Assembly: GCA_043758345.1 (NCBI GenBank)
Contig: JAYVNU010000123.1
Location: 1 to 41,666, forward strand
Direction of reading: 5' to 3'
Origin: Lacisediminihabitans sp.
GTDB taxonomy: Bacteria; Actinomycetota; Actinomycetes; Actinomycetales; Microbacteriaceae
DNA: 41,666 nucleotides
The translations under genes were made by a program, and so were the position numbers. The notes under the pieces were generated by a model. That model was not told the origin of the DNA, made no database searches, and saw nothing but the letters and a program-made list of their open reading frames with translations. Shown here in pieces: positions 16,557 to 25,807 of this stretch. How positions within the stretch are numbered: position 1 is the first letter of the stretch; each line of letters starts with the position of its first letter.

Positions 16557-18026
16557 ATGAACACCCTTCACGCCGCAGCGAGCATCCTGCCGCCGAAGCG
16601 TCGTCGCCAGACCAGGATCGGTCTCGTCGCCGGGGGTCTCGCCGCCTACTGGCCCCAGTTTCCCGACCTCCTCCCTCAGCTTCAGCAATCGTCGCGCTAC
16701 GTGACGTCGCGCTTCAACGCCCTCGACGCAGAGGTCGTCGACGTCGGATTCATCTCGGATGCGCAGGAGGCAAACGCCGCGGCAGAGAAGCTGCGCGTCG
16801 CCGACTGCGATCTGATCGTCATCTTCCTCACCACCTACCTCACCTCGTCGATGGTGCTGCCGATCGCGCAGCGCGCGAAGACACCGGTGCTCGTCATCGA
16901 CCTGCAGCCGACCGAGGCGATGGACCACGCCAACTTCGATACGGGCAAGTGGCTCGCCTACTGCGGGCAGTGCCCTGTGCCGGAGGTCGCCAACGTGTTC
17001 CGTCGGGCGGGTATCCCGTTCCGCTCGGTCTCGGGTCATCTGAAGCAGGAGTCAGCTTGGACCCGTATCGTCCAGTGGGTTCACGCCGCCGGAGTACGCG
17101 CGACGTTGCGCACCGCTCGCCACGGCCTGATGGGGCATCTGTATCCCGGGATGCTCGACGTCTCCACCGATCTCACTCTCGTGTCGACCCAGTTCGGCTC
17201 GCATGTCGAGGTGCTCGAATTCGACGACCTCCGGGTGCGCGTCGCCGAGGTGACGGATTCCCAGGTCGCCGATCGCGTCGCCCTGGCTCGATCGATCTTC
17301 ACCGTCGACGAATCCGTCAAAGAAGACGACTTGGCCTGGGGCGCGAAGGTCTCCGTCGGACTCGACCGGCTCGTCGACGACTTCGAGCTCGATTCTGCCG
17401 CGTACTACCACCGCGGCCTGCAGGGCGAAGAGCACGAGCGGCTCGGTGCCGGGATGATCCTCGGCGCCTCGCTTCTGACGGCCCGTGGCATCCCCTTCGT
17501 CGGCGAATACGAGCTGCGCACCTCGCTCGCGATGCTCGCGGGGCACACCATCGGCGCAGGCGGGTCGTTCACCGAGATCCAGGCGCTCAACTTCTTCGAC
17601 GGTGTCGTCGAGATGGGTCACGACGGCCCGGCCCATCTCGCCGTCTCCGAACGCGATCCGCTGCTCCGCGGACTCGGCGTTTACCACGGCAAGCGCGGCT
17701 ACGGCGTGTCGGTCGAGTTCGATGTGAAGCAGGGCCCGGTCACCACCTTCGGCATCGGCCAGGACCGCGACGGCAGCTTCACCTTCATCACCAGCGAGGG
17801 CACCGTCGTTCCCGGGCCCCTGCTCGCCATCGGCAACACGACATCGCGGGTCGACTTCGGCGGGGATCCCGGCCTCTGGGTCGACGAGTGGTCGCAGACC
17901 GGAATCGGGCACCACTGGGCGCTCTGTGTCGGGCATCGGGCCGCGGACATCCATGCGGCGGCATCTCTTCTCGGAATCGAGCACCGGCACGTCGACATGT
18001 CGTCACTCGGTCGGTGGAGCTCGTGA
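16557..18026 (+). CDS. L-fucose/L-arabinose isomerase family protein
   Basis: 489 aa with family-type motifs GHLYPGMLD, GEYE, SFTE, MGHDGPAH, IGNT and C-terminal GHHWAL. Substrate unknown. Confidence 0.78.
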   Translation: MNTLHAAASILPPKRRRQTRIGLVAGGLAAYWPQFPDLLPQLQQSSRYVTSRFNALDAEVVDVGFISDAQEANAAAEKLRVADCDLIVIFLTTYLTSSMVLPIAQRAKTPVLVIDLQPTEAMDHANFDTGKWLAYCGQCPVPEVANVFRRAGIPFRSVSGHLKQESAWTRIVQWVHAAGVRATLRTARHGLMGHLYPGMLDVSTDLTLVSTQFGSHVEVLEFDDLRVRVAEVTDSQVADRVALARSIFTVDESVKEDDLAWGAKVSVGLDRLVDDFELDSAAYYHRGLQGEEHERLGAGMILGASLLTARGIPFVGEYELRTSLAMLAGHTIGAGGSFTEIQALNFFDGVVEMGHDGPAHLAVSERDPLLRGLGVYHGKRGYGVSVEFDVKQGPVTTFGIGQDRDGSFTFITSEGTVVPGPLLAIGNTTSRVDFGGDPGLWVDEWSQTGIGHHWALCVGHRAADIHAAASLLGIEHRHVDMSSLGRWSS

Positions 18027-18379
18027 GGCGCGTCTGCTTTCAGCTTCAGGTCAAGCCTGGCCACATCGAGGCCTACCGCGTCGCACACGCCGCGGTCTGG
18101 CCAGACATGCTCGTGGCCCTCAAGGCGACGGGCTGGAAGAACTACTCGATCTTCCTTCGGCCCGACGGCCTCGTGATCGGATACTTCGAGACCGCCGATC
18201 TGCAGGCCAACCTCGACGGCATGGCAGCGACATCCGTGAATGCCAGCTGGCAAGGGGCAATGGCAGAGCACTTCGTGGATCTCGATGTCCCGGTCGACCA
18301 GGCGTTCCTCTACCTCGACGAGGTGTTCAACCTCGACGACCAGCTCGCCGCTGCCTCGGGTTCGTCCGCCCTTCCTTGA
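18023..18379 (+). CDS. rhaM: L-rhamnose mutarotase
   Basis: 3' part of ORF 16949-18379, from GTG 18023 (GTGA overlap): RRVCFQLQVKP...YRVAHAAVWPDM...GWKNYSIFL...VNASWQ...EVFNL. Confidence 0.88.
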   Translation: MRRVCFQLQVKPGHIEAYRVAHAAVWPDMLVALKATGWKNYSIFLRPDGLVIGYFETADLQANLDGMAATSVNASWQGAMAEHFVDLDVPVDQAFLYLDEVFNLDDQLAAASGSSALP

Positions 18380-18423
18380 CCTTCACACCCCCGATCTGCA
18401 ATATCCTGATTGAAACGATTCAA
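18376..18423 (+). promoter_or_regulatory. Internal promoter and LacI-type operator upstream of rhaI
   Basis: TTGACC (18376-18381), -10 candidates CAATAT/TATCCT (18399-18407), and the near-perfect palindrome TTGAAACGATTCAA (18410-18423) matching the two operators at 11595 and 11663. Confidence 0.75.
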
Positions 18424-18439
18424 CCGAAAGCGTACTCTC

Positions 18440-19606
18440 ATGACACAGTTCAGCGATATCGAGCCCCTGCTCGAGCAGCAGGCCATCGAGCTCCCCTCCT
18501 GGGCGTTCGGAAACTCGGGCACCCGGTTCAAGGTCTTCGGCACGCCGGGCACACCCCGCACGCCGCAGGAGAAGATCGCGGATGCCGCCCAGGTCAACAA
18601 ATACACCGGCCTCTCCCCCACCGTCGCGCTGCACATCCCATGGGACAAAGTCGACGACTATGCGGCGCTCGGCGCCTTCGCGAATGACCACGGAGTCGCC
18701 CTCGGCACCGTGAACTCGAACACCTTCCAGAACGACGACTACAAGTTCGGGTCACTCACCCACAGCGACCCCGTCATCCGCCAGAAGGCGATCGACCACC
18801 ACCTCGAGTGCATCGACATCATGGATGCGACCGGGTCCCGCGACCTCAAGATCTGGCTCGCCGACGGAACGAACTACCCTGGCCAGCAAGATCTGCGCGG
18901 CCGTCAGGATCGCCTCGCCGAGTCCCTCGCGACGATCTACGAGCGGATCGGAGCATCCCAAAGGCTGGTTCTCGAGTACAAGTTCTTCGAGCCGGCTTTT
19001 TATCACACGGATGTTCCGGACTGGGGCACCTCCTACGCCCAGGTCTCGGCGCTCGGCGAACGCGCCCTGGTCTGCCTCGACACCGGCCACCACGCTCCCG
19101 GCACCAACATCGAGTTCATCGTCATGCAACTACTGCGGCTCGGCAAGCTCGGATCGTTCGACTTCAACTCGCGCTTCTACGCCGATGACGACCTGATCGT
19201 CGGGGCCGCAGACCCGTTCCAGCTGTTCCGCATCCTCTACGAGGTCATCCGCGGTGGCGGCTATGGCACCGACTCGGGCGTGGCATTCATGCTCGACCAG
19301 TGCCACAACGTCGAAGACAAGATCCCCGGACAGATCCGCTCGGTGCTCAATGTGCAGGAGATGACGGCGCGCGCGCTGCTCGTCGACAGCGCCGCGCTCT
19401 CGGCAGCTCAGGCCGCCGGCGACGTGCTCGGGGCCAATGGCATCCTGATGGATGCGTTCTACACCGACGTTCGCGGAGACCTGGCGGCGTGGCGCGAGTC
19501 GCGCGGCCTCGGCGGCGACCCGATGGCGGCGTACGCGGCATCCGGCTACCAGGCTTCGATAGTCGCCGATCGCGTCGGCGGCACTCAGTCGAGCTGGGGC
19601 GCATAG
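18440..19606 (+). CDS. rhaI: L-rhamnose isomerase (actinobacterial RhaI type)
   Basis: Motifs IELPSWAFGNSGTRFKVF, ALHIPWD, WLADGTNYPGQ, EYKFFEPAFY, LDTGHH and FNSRFYADDDL. Start at ATG 18440. Confidence 0.93.
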   Translation: MTQFSDIEPLLEQQAIELPSWAFGNSGTRFKVFGTPGTPRTPQEKIADAAQVNKYTGLSPTVALHIPWDKVDDYAALGAFANDHGVALGTVNSNTFQNDDYKFGSLTHSDPVIRQKAIDHHLECIDIMDATGSRDLKIWLADGTNYPGQQDLRGRQDRLAESLATIYERIGASQRLVLEYKFFEPAFYHTDVPDWGTSYAQVSALGERALVCLDTGHHAPGTNIEFIVMQLLRLGKLGSFDFNSRFYADDDLIVGAADPFQLFRILYEVIRGGGYGTDSGVAFMLDQCHNVEDKIPGQIRSVLNVQEMTARALLVDSAALSAAQAAGDVLGANGILMDAFYTDVRGDLAAWRESRGLGGDPMAAYAASGYQASIVADRVGGTQSSWGA

Positions 19607-19652
19607 CCGCCGTGCGCCCGCCCGCCCGCCGACGGACCCCCTAAGCACGCGA

Positions 19653-19702
19653 CGGACCCCCGCATTTCTCCCTCCCCCGCGCCATAGCTGGAGCTATGGC
19701 AG
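19653..19702. repeat. Family E element, intergenic copy
   Basis: CGGACCCCCGC...GCCATAGCTGGAGCTATGGCAG with a 9-bp-stem hairpin at 19681-19700. GACGGACCCCC is duplicated at 19631 and 19651. Confidence 0.75.
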
Positions 19703-19728
19703 GGGGAACACGAACGAAGGACACCAGG

Positions 19729-21831
19729 ATGACCAATCCAACCGCCGCGGAATTGATCGCGCGCAGCAACCGCCTCGGCTCCGACCCGCGCGTCACGAAT
19801 TACGCCGGCGGCAATACGTCGGCGAAGGGCACCGAGATCGACCCGGCCACGGGTGAACCAGTCGAGCTGCTCTGGGTCAAGGGGTCCGGCGGAGACCTCG
19901 GAACGCTGAAGGAGCCCGGCCTCGCGGTGCTGCGCCTCGACCGACTGCGCGCGCTGTCGAAGGTCTACCCCGGCGTCGAGCGCGAAGACGAGATGGTAGC
20001 CGCCTTCGACTACACCCTTCACGGCAAGGGTGGCGCGGCCCCCTCGATCGACACGGCGATGCACGGACTGGTGGATGCCGCCCACGTGGATCACCTCCAC
20101 CCCGATTCCGGCATTGCGTTCGCGACATCCGCGGATGGCGAAGCCCTCACCGCGAAGGCCTTCGGGGACAAGGTCGTCTGGGTGCCATGGCGTCGCCCGG
20201 GCTGGCAGCTCGGCGAGGACATTGCGGCGATCAAAGCGGCTCATCCGTCGGCCATCGGCTGCATCCTCGGCGGCCACGGCATCACCGCGTGGGGCGACAC
20301 GAGCGACGAGGCCGAAGCCAATTCGCTGTGGATCATCGAGACCGCCGAGAAGTACATCGTCGACGACGGCCGGGCTGACCCGTTTGGAACCCCCTTGAAC
20401 GGTTACAGCCCGCTCTCCCCCGCAGAGCGCACCGAACGGGCCGCCGCGCTCGCTCCCACCCTGCGTGGCCTCGCCTCCACCGACCGCGCCCAGGTCGGCC
20501 ACTTCACCGACGCCGACGTCGTTCTCGACTTCCTCGCGTCGAGCGAGCACCCCCGCCTCGCCGCCCTCGGAACCAGCTGCCCCGACCACTTCCTGCGCAC
20601 CAAGGTCAAGCCGATGCTGCTCGACCTGCCACCGACCGCGTCGCTCGAGGATCAGCTCGCCCGGTTGCACGAGCTGCACGCCGATTACCGCGCCGACTAC
20701 CAGGCGTATTACGACCGGGGCATCGCTCGAGAAACCTCCCTCGCAGGCTCGGTCGGCACTGACGTCGCCGGATCGCTTCGCGATCCTCATAGCTCCGGCG
20801 TACCCGCCATGAGAGGCGCCGACCCTCTCGTCGTGCTCATCCCCGGCATCGGTATGTTCAGCTACGGCGCGAACAAGCAGACCGCGCGCGTCGCGAGCGA
20901 GTTCTACATCAACGCGATCAACGTCATGCGCGGCGCCGAGGCGCTCTCCACCTACGCGCCGATCGACGAGGCGGAGAAGTTCCGCATCGAATACTGGGCA
21001 CTCGAGGAGGCGAAGCTGCAGCGGATGCCGAAGCCCAAGCCACTCGCGACCCGCATCGCTCTCGTGACGGGGGCTGCATCCGGAATCGGCAAGGCCATCG
21101 CGACCCGGCTCGCCGCGGAGGGCGCGTGCGTCGTCATCGCCGACCTCGACCTCGCGAAAGCTCAGGAGGCCGCGGCCGAGATCGGCGGGACGGATGTCGC
21201 CATCGGCGTGCAGGCGAACGTCACCGACGAACTGCAGGTGCAGGCTGCAGTGGATGCCGCGGTCCTGGCATTCGGCGGGCTCGACCTCGTCGTGAACAAC
21301 GCCGGTCTCTCGCTGTCGAAGTCACTGCTCGAAACGACCGTCGCCGACTGGGACCTCCAACACAACGTCATGGCGAAGGGCTCGTTCCTCGTCTCCCGCG
21401 CGAGCGCGAAGGTGCTCATCGACCAGAAGCTCGGCGGCGACGTGATTTACATCTCGTCGAAGAACTCGGTGTTCGCGGGCCCGAACAACATCGCGTACTC
21501 GGCCACGAAGGCCGACCAGGCACACCAGGTGCGGCTGCTCGCTGCGGAGCTCGGCGAATACGGCGTCAAAGTCAACGGCATCAACCCCGATGGCGTCGTT
21601 CGCGGCTCCGGGATCTTCGCCGGCGGCTGGGGTGCGAAGCGCGCGGCCGTCTACGGCGTGCCGGAGGAGGAGCTCGGCAAGTACTACGCGCAGCGCACCC
21701 TGCTCAAGCGCGAGGTGCTGCCCGAGAACGTCGCGAATGCGGTGTTCGTGCTGTGCACGAGCGACCTCAGCCACACGACAGGAGTGCACATCCCGGTGGA
21801 TGCGGGCGTCGCCGCCGCGTTCCTGCGATGA
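19729..21831 (+). CDS. rhaD: Bifunctional rhamnulose-1-phosphate aldolase / short-chain dehydrogenase
   Basis: Class II aldolase motifs GGNTSAK, VKGSGGDL, PSIDTAMH, HLHPD and SCPDHFLRTK, plus EYWALEEAKL. SDR motifs TGAASGIG, NNAG and YSATK. Start at ATG 19729 after a GAAGGA RBS. Confidence 0.93.
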   Translation: MTNPTAAELIARSNRLGSDPRVTNYAGGNTSAKGTEIDPATGEPVELLWVKGSGGDLGTLKEPGLAVLRLDRLRALSKVYPGVEREDEMVAAFDYTLHGKGGAAPSIDTAMHGLVDAAHVDHLHPDSGIAFATSADGEALTAKAFGDKVVWVPWRRPGWQLGEDIAAIKAAHPSAIGCILGGHGITAWGDTSDEAEANSLWIIETAEKYIVDDGRADPFGTPLNGYSPLSPAERTERAAALAPTLRGLASTDRAQVGHFTDADVVLDFLASSEHPRLAALGTSCPDHFLRTKVKPMLLDLPPTASLEDQLARLHELHADYRADYQAYYDRGIARETSLAGSVGTDVAGSLRDPHSSGVPAMRGADPLVVLIPGIGMFSYGANKQTARVASEFYINAINVMRGAEALSTYAPIDEAEKFRIEYWALEEAKLQRMPKPKPLATRIALVTGAASGIGKAIATRLAAEGACVVIADLDLAKAQEAAAEIGGTDVAIGVQANVTDELQVQAAVDAAVLAFGGLDLVVNNAGLSLSKSLLETTVADWDLQHNVMAKGSFLVSRASAKVLIDQKLGGDVIYISSKNSVFAGPNNIAYSATKADQAHQVRLLAAELGEYGVKVNGINPDGVVRGSGIFAGGWGAKRAAVYGVPEEELGKYYAQRTLLKREVLPENVANAVFVLCTSDLSHTTGVHIPVDAGVAAAFLR

Positions 21832-21843
21832 TCTCCCCGGCCC

Positions 21844-21913
21844 GCGATTGTTCGCTTTCGGGACGAATGTTCGGGGGCGCCCGCGAACAGTCGTCCCGAA
21901 GTAGAACAATCGC
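21844..21913. repeat. 70-bp palindromic element, family D, copy 2
   Basis: GCGATTGTTC...TTCGGGACGA...TCGTCCCGAA...GAACAATCGC between co-directional rhaD and rhaB. Homologous to 5221-5290. Confidence 0.8.
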
Positions 21914-21943
21914 TGCAGCCGGTCCTACCGCCGCGGTGACCCG

Positions 21944-23362
21944 GTGACCGAGGCCGTCGCCGCGGTCGACCTCGGCGCGACGAGCGGCCGCGTGATGCTC
22001 GGCTACGTCGGGCACAACGAGTTGAGCGTGCGGCCGGTCGCCCGCTTCCCGAACCTGCCCGTGCGAATCGCCGACGGGCTGCACTGGGACATTCTCGACC
22101 TCTACCGTCACGTGACGAACGGCCTCGCTGCGGCGACCCGCGAGGAGCCGGAGCTCACGAGCGTCGGCGTCGATTCCTGGGCGGTCGACTACGCACTGCT
22201 CCGCGGCACACGGATGCTCGGCACCCCCTTCCACTACCGCGACGAGCGCACGACCTCCGCCGTCGAGGTAACTCATTCCCGGGTCTCCCCGAGCAGCCTG
22301 TACGCCGCAAACGGACTGCAGTTTCTGCCCTTCAACACGCTTTATCAGCTCGAGGCGGAGCGGTCATCCGGGCTGCTGGACTTCGCCGATTCGATGCTCC
22401 TCGTGCCCGATCTCATTGCGTTCTGGCTGACCGGTCGGCAGGTCGCCGAGCGCACGAACGCGTCGACAACGGGTCTGCTCGACCTCTCGAGCGGGGAGTG
22501 GGATGACGCGCTGATCGCCCGTCTCGAACTGCCACGCGGCCTCTTCCGTGAACTGATCTCCCCGGGGGAGACGATCGGACAGCTTCGGCCCGACCTCGGA
22601 ATCAGCGGCCGGCACGACGTCGTCGCCGTCGGGTCTCACGACACCGCGTCGGCGGTCGTCGCCGTGCCGTCCACCTCGCCGGACTTCGCGTATATCAGTT
22701 GTGGAACCTGGGGGCTCGTCGGAGTCGAGACCGAGCATCCGGTGCTCTCCGAGACCGGCCGACTCGCGAACTTCACCAACGAGGGCGGGGTCGACGGTCG
22801 CGTGCGCTACCTGCACAACGTGATGGGGCTCTGGCTGCTGAGCGAGTCGGTGCGCGCCTGGGAGAAAGAGGGCCGGAAGGGTGCCGACTCGATCGACCTC
22901 CCTTCGCTTCTGGATGCCGCAGCCGCGGTCACCGGAGAGGCGATCGTGTTCGACGCGAACGATCCGAGGTTCCTCTCCCCCGGCGACATGCCAGCCCGTA
23001 TCGCGGAGTGGCTCGGCGAGCGCGGGCTGGCGGTGCCGCGGTCACGGGCCGAGTTCGTGCTCAGCATCATCCGCTCGCTCGCGACGGCATTCGCGGATGC
23101 CGTACGCGCGGCGTCCGAGCTGTCCGGTGTGCGGGTGGACGTCATCCACATCGTCGGTGGCGGTTCCCAAAACGAACTGCTCTGCCAGCTCACCGCCGAT
23201 CTCAGCGGGGTGCCGGTGCTCGCCGGCCCGGTCGAGGCGACGGCTATCGGCAACGTGCTCGTGCAGGCACGCGCGAACGGATTCGTCACAGGCTCGCTCG
23301 AAGCCCTCCGAGGTCTTGTCGTGGGTGCCTTCTCGCTGCGGCGGTACGTTCCGCAGCGCTGA
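21944..23362 (+). CDS. rhaB: Rhamnulokinase (FGGY family)
   Basis: Motifs AVDLGATSGR, GVDSWAVDY, HYRD, FNTLYQL, SHDTASAV, FTNEGG, GGGSQN and GPVEATAIGN. Confidence 0.92.
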   Translation: MTEAVAAVDLGATSGRVMLGYVGHNELSVRPVARFPNLPVRIADGLHWDILDLYRHVTNGLAAATREEPELTSVGVDSWAVDYALLRGTRMLGTPFHYRDERTTSAVEVTHSRVSPSSLYAANGLQFLPFNTLYQLEAERSSGLLDFADSMLLVPDLIAFWLTGRQVAERTNASTTGLLDLSSGEWDDALIARLELPRGLFRELISPGETIGQLRPDLGISGRHDVVAVGSHDTASAVVAVPSTSPDFAYISCGTWGLVGVETEHPVLSETGRLANFTNEGGVDGRVRYLHNVMGLWLLSESVRAWEKEGRKGADSIDLPSLLDAAAAVTGEAIVFDANDPRFLSPGDMPARIAEWLGERGLAVPRSRAEFVLSIIRSLATAFADAVRAASELSGVRVDVIHIVGGGSQNELLCQLTADLSGVPVLAGPVEATAIGNVLVQARANGFVTGSLEALRGLVVGAFSLRRYVPQR

Positions 23363-23509
23363 GCGACAGAACTCTGCGCACTGCCGCGCAAGCCGAACCC
23401 TGCGAGTCGGCATCGCACGCCATGGCGCAGGCTCGGGCACGGCACCCAAGGCGCCGTGCCCCACGTCGTCGCCCAGGCGGTCGGGCGTGCCGAGAACTCG
23501 AGTCCGTCG

Positions 23510-24589
23510 GAGTGCTCGACCCGGCCGGCAGACTCCGCCGCTTCACCCAACTCGTCGACCTGGCGCGCGAGGCCTGGATCGACCGAGTGCCGGTACTGGA
23601 TTACACGGTCGTGCAGCCCCGGCATCGTCACCTTGCCGAGGTGGCCGGCGATGTTGCTCGCGAGGCGCTCGCGCTCGTCCGCATCCATGACGTCACGCGC
23701 GAGCGACCTGGCCTGGCCTGGCCGAAGTCGTCGTGGTCGTCGTCGTCGTCGGAGCGCAGCCGCGACGCGGCCCGGATCAGCTCACGGTCGCTCCGCCATC
23801 CCGCGGACTCCGCCGCCACCGACGGGTCGGCCGCCGGGCCACCGTGCGAGTTCGGCGCGTAGACCGGAGTCGCCGGGTCGTTGAACCCGTGCCGCATCGC
23901 TTCCTCTTTCGAGTAGCTGTTCACCGGCGCGCGTGCGGCGTTGACCGGCACCAAGTTCGACACGTCGGAGGCCGACTGCTCGATCCGCGCGAAATAATTC
24001 TCGGGATTGCGGTTGAGCGCCCATCGTGCCGACCTCGATGAGCGGGGAGATCGCTCATGAGGATGGTCACCTGGTGTGCGCCCTCGGGCGACGGCGTCCG
24101 GACGTCCCACTGCCTGTCGTTGCTGCGCAGGTGGTCGCCGGGTAGGCGCTTCTGCGAGTGGATGAAGTCGGGGAATGTGATTCCGTCGCGAACGAAGAAG
24201 ACCGGCGTGTTGTTGCCCACGAGGTCGTCGTTGCCCTCGTCGGTGGAGAACTTGAGCGCGAATCCGCGGGGGTCGCGAGCCGTGTCGGAGCTTCCCGCCT
24301 CGCCGGCGACCGTCGAGAAGCGCCCGAGCATCTCCACCTTCACTCCGGGCTGGAACAGGCTGGCCCTGGTATAGCCGCCCACGTCGCCGGTGGTCTCGAA
24401 GGTTCCGAAGGCGCCGCCGCCCGTGGCATGCACGACGCGCTCGGGAACGTGCTCGCGATTGAACCGGGCGAGCTTCTCGACCAGGGAGTGATCGTGCAAC
24501 GGAATGACGCCGTCGTTGCCCGCCGTCTGCGTGAACTCGTCGCTCGCCACCGGAGCGCCGGAGTTGGTAGTGGTGAAGTCATCAGTCAT
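23510..24589 (-). pseudogene. katA: Monofunctional heme catalase, decayed (internal deletions and frameshifts)
   Basis: The N-terminal frame has [31 protein letters not shown] and [10 protein letters not shown] second frame has [14 protein letters not shown] and YAPNSHGGP, and a third has RERLASNIAGHL. Only about 1.1 kb remains, and the proximal-Tyr heme ligand segment is missing. The left boundary is approximate. Confidence 0.85.
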
Positions 24590-24789
24590 AGTCGCACCTC
24601 CCGAATCTGCATGGTCGACAGTGAGTAGCCGCCCGATGTTCGTCTGGTGCGGGACAGTTGATCGACTTTTTTCCAGCACCACCCGCCTGTGCACACTCAC
24701 GTGCCGTCGGCACCGACTCCCGGGCCTCTCGGAGGGTGCGGAGAAACGGGGACGACGGCTCGACCCGTTTTCCCCTACGCTCCAAGACA

Positions 24790-25083
24790 ATGGCCGACTC
24801 AGTCCCCGCCCGAACGCGCCGCCTCGAACTGGTGCTACACAAGCCGTGGCTCGGCTGGTTTCCGAAGCCGACGGTCGTCTTCGACGGGCGCGGTCAGCCG
24901 GCCCAGTGGGGTACCGGAACGTGGATGATTCCCGCCGACGCCACCACGACGGTCGGCGTCTTCCTGTTCAACCGACTGTGGAGATTCGGCGCGGCCGAGA
25001 TCATGATCGAGGGTGACGGTGCGGTAGCTGTGGCCTATTCGGCACCGCTGCTGCCCTTTTTGCCCGGGCGGATGACTTTCTGA
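24790..25083 (+). CDS. Hypothetical protein (97 aa)
   Basis: Protein-like, aromatic-rich composition ([28 protein letters not shown]). A -10-like TACGCT lies 8 nt before ATG 24790. Fills the gap before gntR. Confidence 0.65.
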   Translation: MADSVPARTRRLELVLHKPWLGWFPKPTVVFDGRGQPAQWGTGTWMIPADATTTVGVFLFNRLWRFGAAEIMIEGDGAVAVAYSAPLLPFLPGRMTF

Positions 25084-25099
25084 GCGAATCCAGATCGCG

Positions 25100-25114
25100 T
25101 ATCCTTGTCTGACA
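25100..25114 (+). promoter_or_regulatory. Putative -10 element and GntR-type operator
   Basis: TATCCT (25100-25105) followed by the palindrome TGTC-T-GACA (25106-25114), directly before the gntR ATG. Confidence 0.4.
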
Positions 25115-25807
25115 ATGTCGTCTCCCCTCGCCACTCTTCCGTTGAATGTCTCACCCCTGAAGACCACCTCCGTGCCGCAGGCCGTATACGAGGCCCTTCG
25201 CGAGGGCATTGTGACCACCGACGTGCAGCCCGGGACACTCCTGACCGAGACAGCCATCGCCACCCGTTTCGGCGTAGCGCGTCCCACCGCCAAGGCGGCC
25301 ATCGAGCGGCTGGTCAGCGAAGGGCTGCTCACCCGCCGCGCTCACCATGCGGCCCAGGTGCCCTCCCTCAGCCGCGACGACATCGAAGACCTCTACTCGA
25401 GCAGGGTGATCGTCGAGGAGGCTGCGCTTCGCAATCTCGCGGCCGCCTCGGTGGTGCCCGCAGCCGCTCTTGCCATCCAACGGGACCTCCTCGCCTACGC
25501 GAAAGCCGACGAGTCCGCTCCCTTCGTGCGGGCGGATGTCGCCTTCCACCGCGAACTCGTCATCGCACAGTCGAGTCCGCGGCTCGCCCGCATGCACGCC
25601 CTCATCATGGGCGAGATCGAGTTGTGCATCGGGCAGGTGCAGACCCACCGCCTGCTGAAGGCGCACCAGGTCGCCGAACAGCACCAGGGCATCCTCGATG
25701 CCGTCGAATCCGGCGAAGTCGACCTCGCCGGACGACTCACCCGGGAACACATCGAGGGCGCGCGCGACCGATTGCTTTGGCATCTTGATTCGGAGGCCCG
25801 ATCGTGA
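25115..25807 (+). CDS. GntR family transcriptional regulator (FCD domain)
   Basis: HTH PGTLLTETAIATRFGVARPTAKAAIERLVSEGL and FCD motifs DVAFHRELV, EQHQGILDAV and EHI. Confidence 0.9.
   Translation: MSSPLATLPLNVSPLKTTSVPQAVYEALREGIVTTDVQPGTLLTETAIATRFGVARPTAKAAIERLVSEGLLTRRAHHAAQVPSLSRDDIEDLYSSRVIVEEAALRNLAAASVVPAAALAIQRDLLAYAKADESAPFVRADVAFHRELVIAQSSPRLARMHALIMGEIELCIGQVQTHRLLKAHQVAEQHQGILDAVESGEVDLAGRLTREHIEGARDRLLWHLDSEARS

Noticed and set aside
16949-18022. N-terminal extensions in the ORF track (rhaM from 16949, EamA from 8077, ATP-grasp from 9144, 35208-36572, FtsK from 33804)
   Set aside because: The extensions overlap other real genes and have shadow-like composition. Internal starts with an RBS, -10 element or stop/start overlap fit better.
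22807-23509. Long C-terminal continuation of ORF 22807-23688
   Set aside because: Only the first ~50 aa are catalase-like. The rest is read-through antisense to rhaB.
23510-24589. Split or programmed-frameshift mini-catalase
   Set aside because: The essential proximal heme-ligand region is deleted and conserved residues are substituted, so no functional product is plausible.
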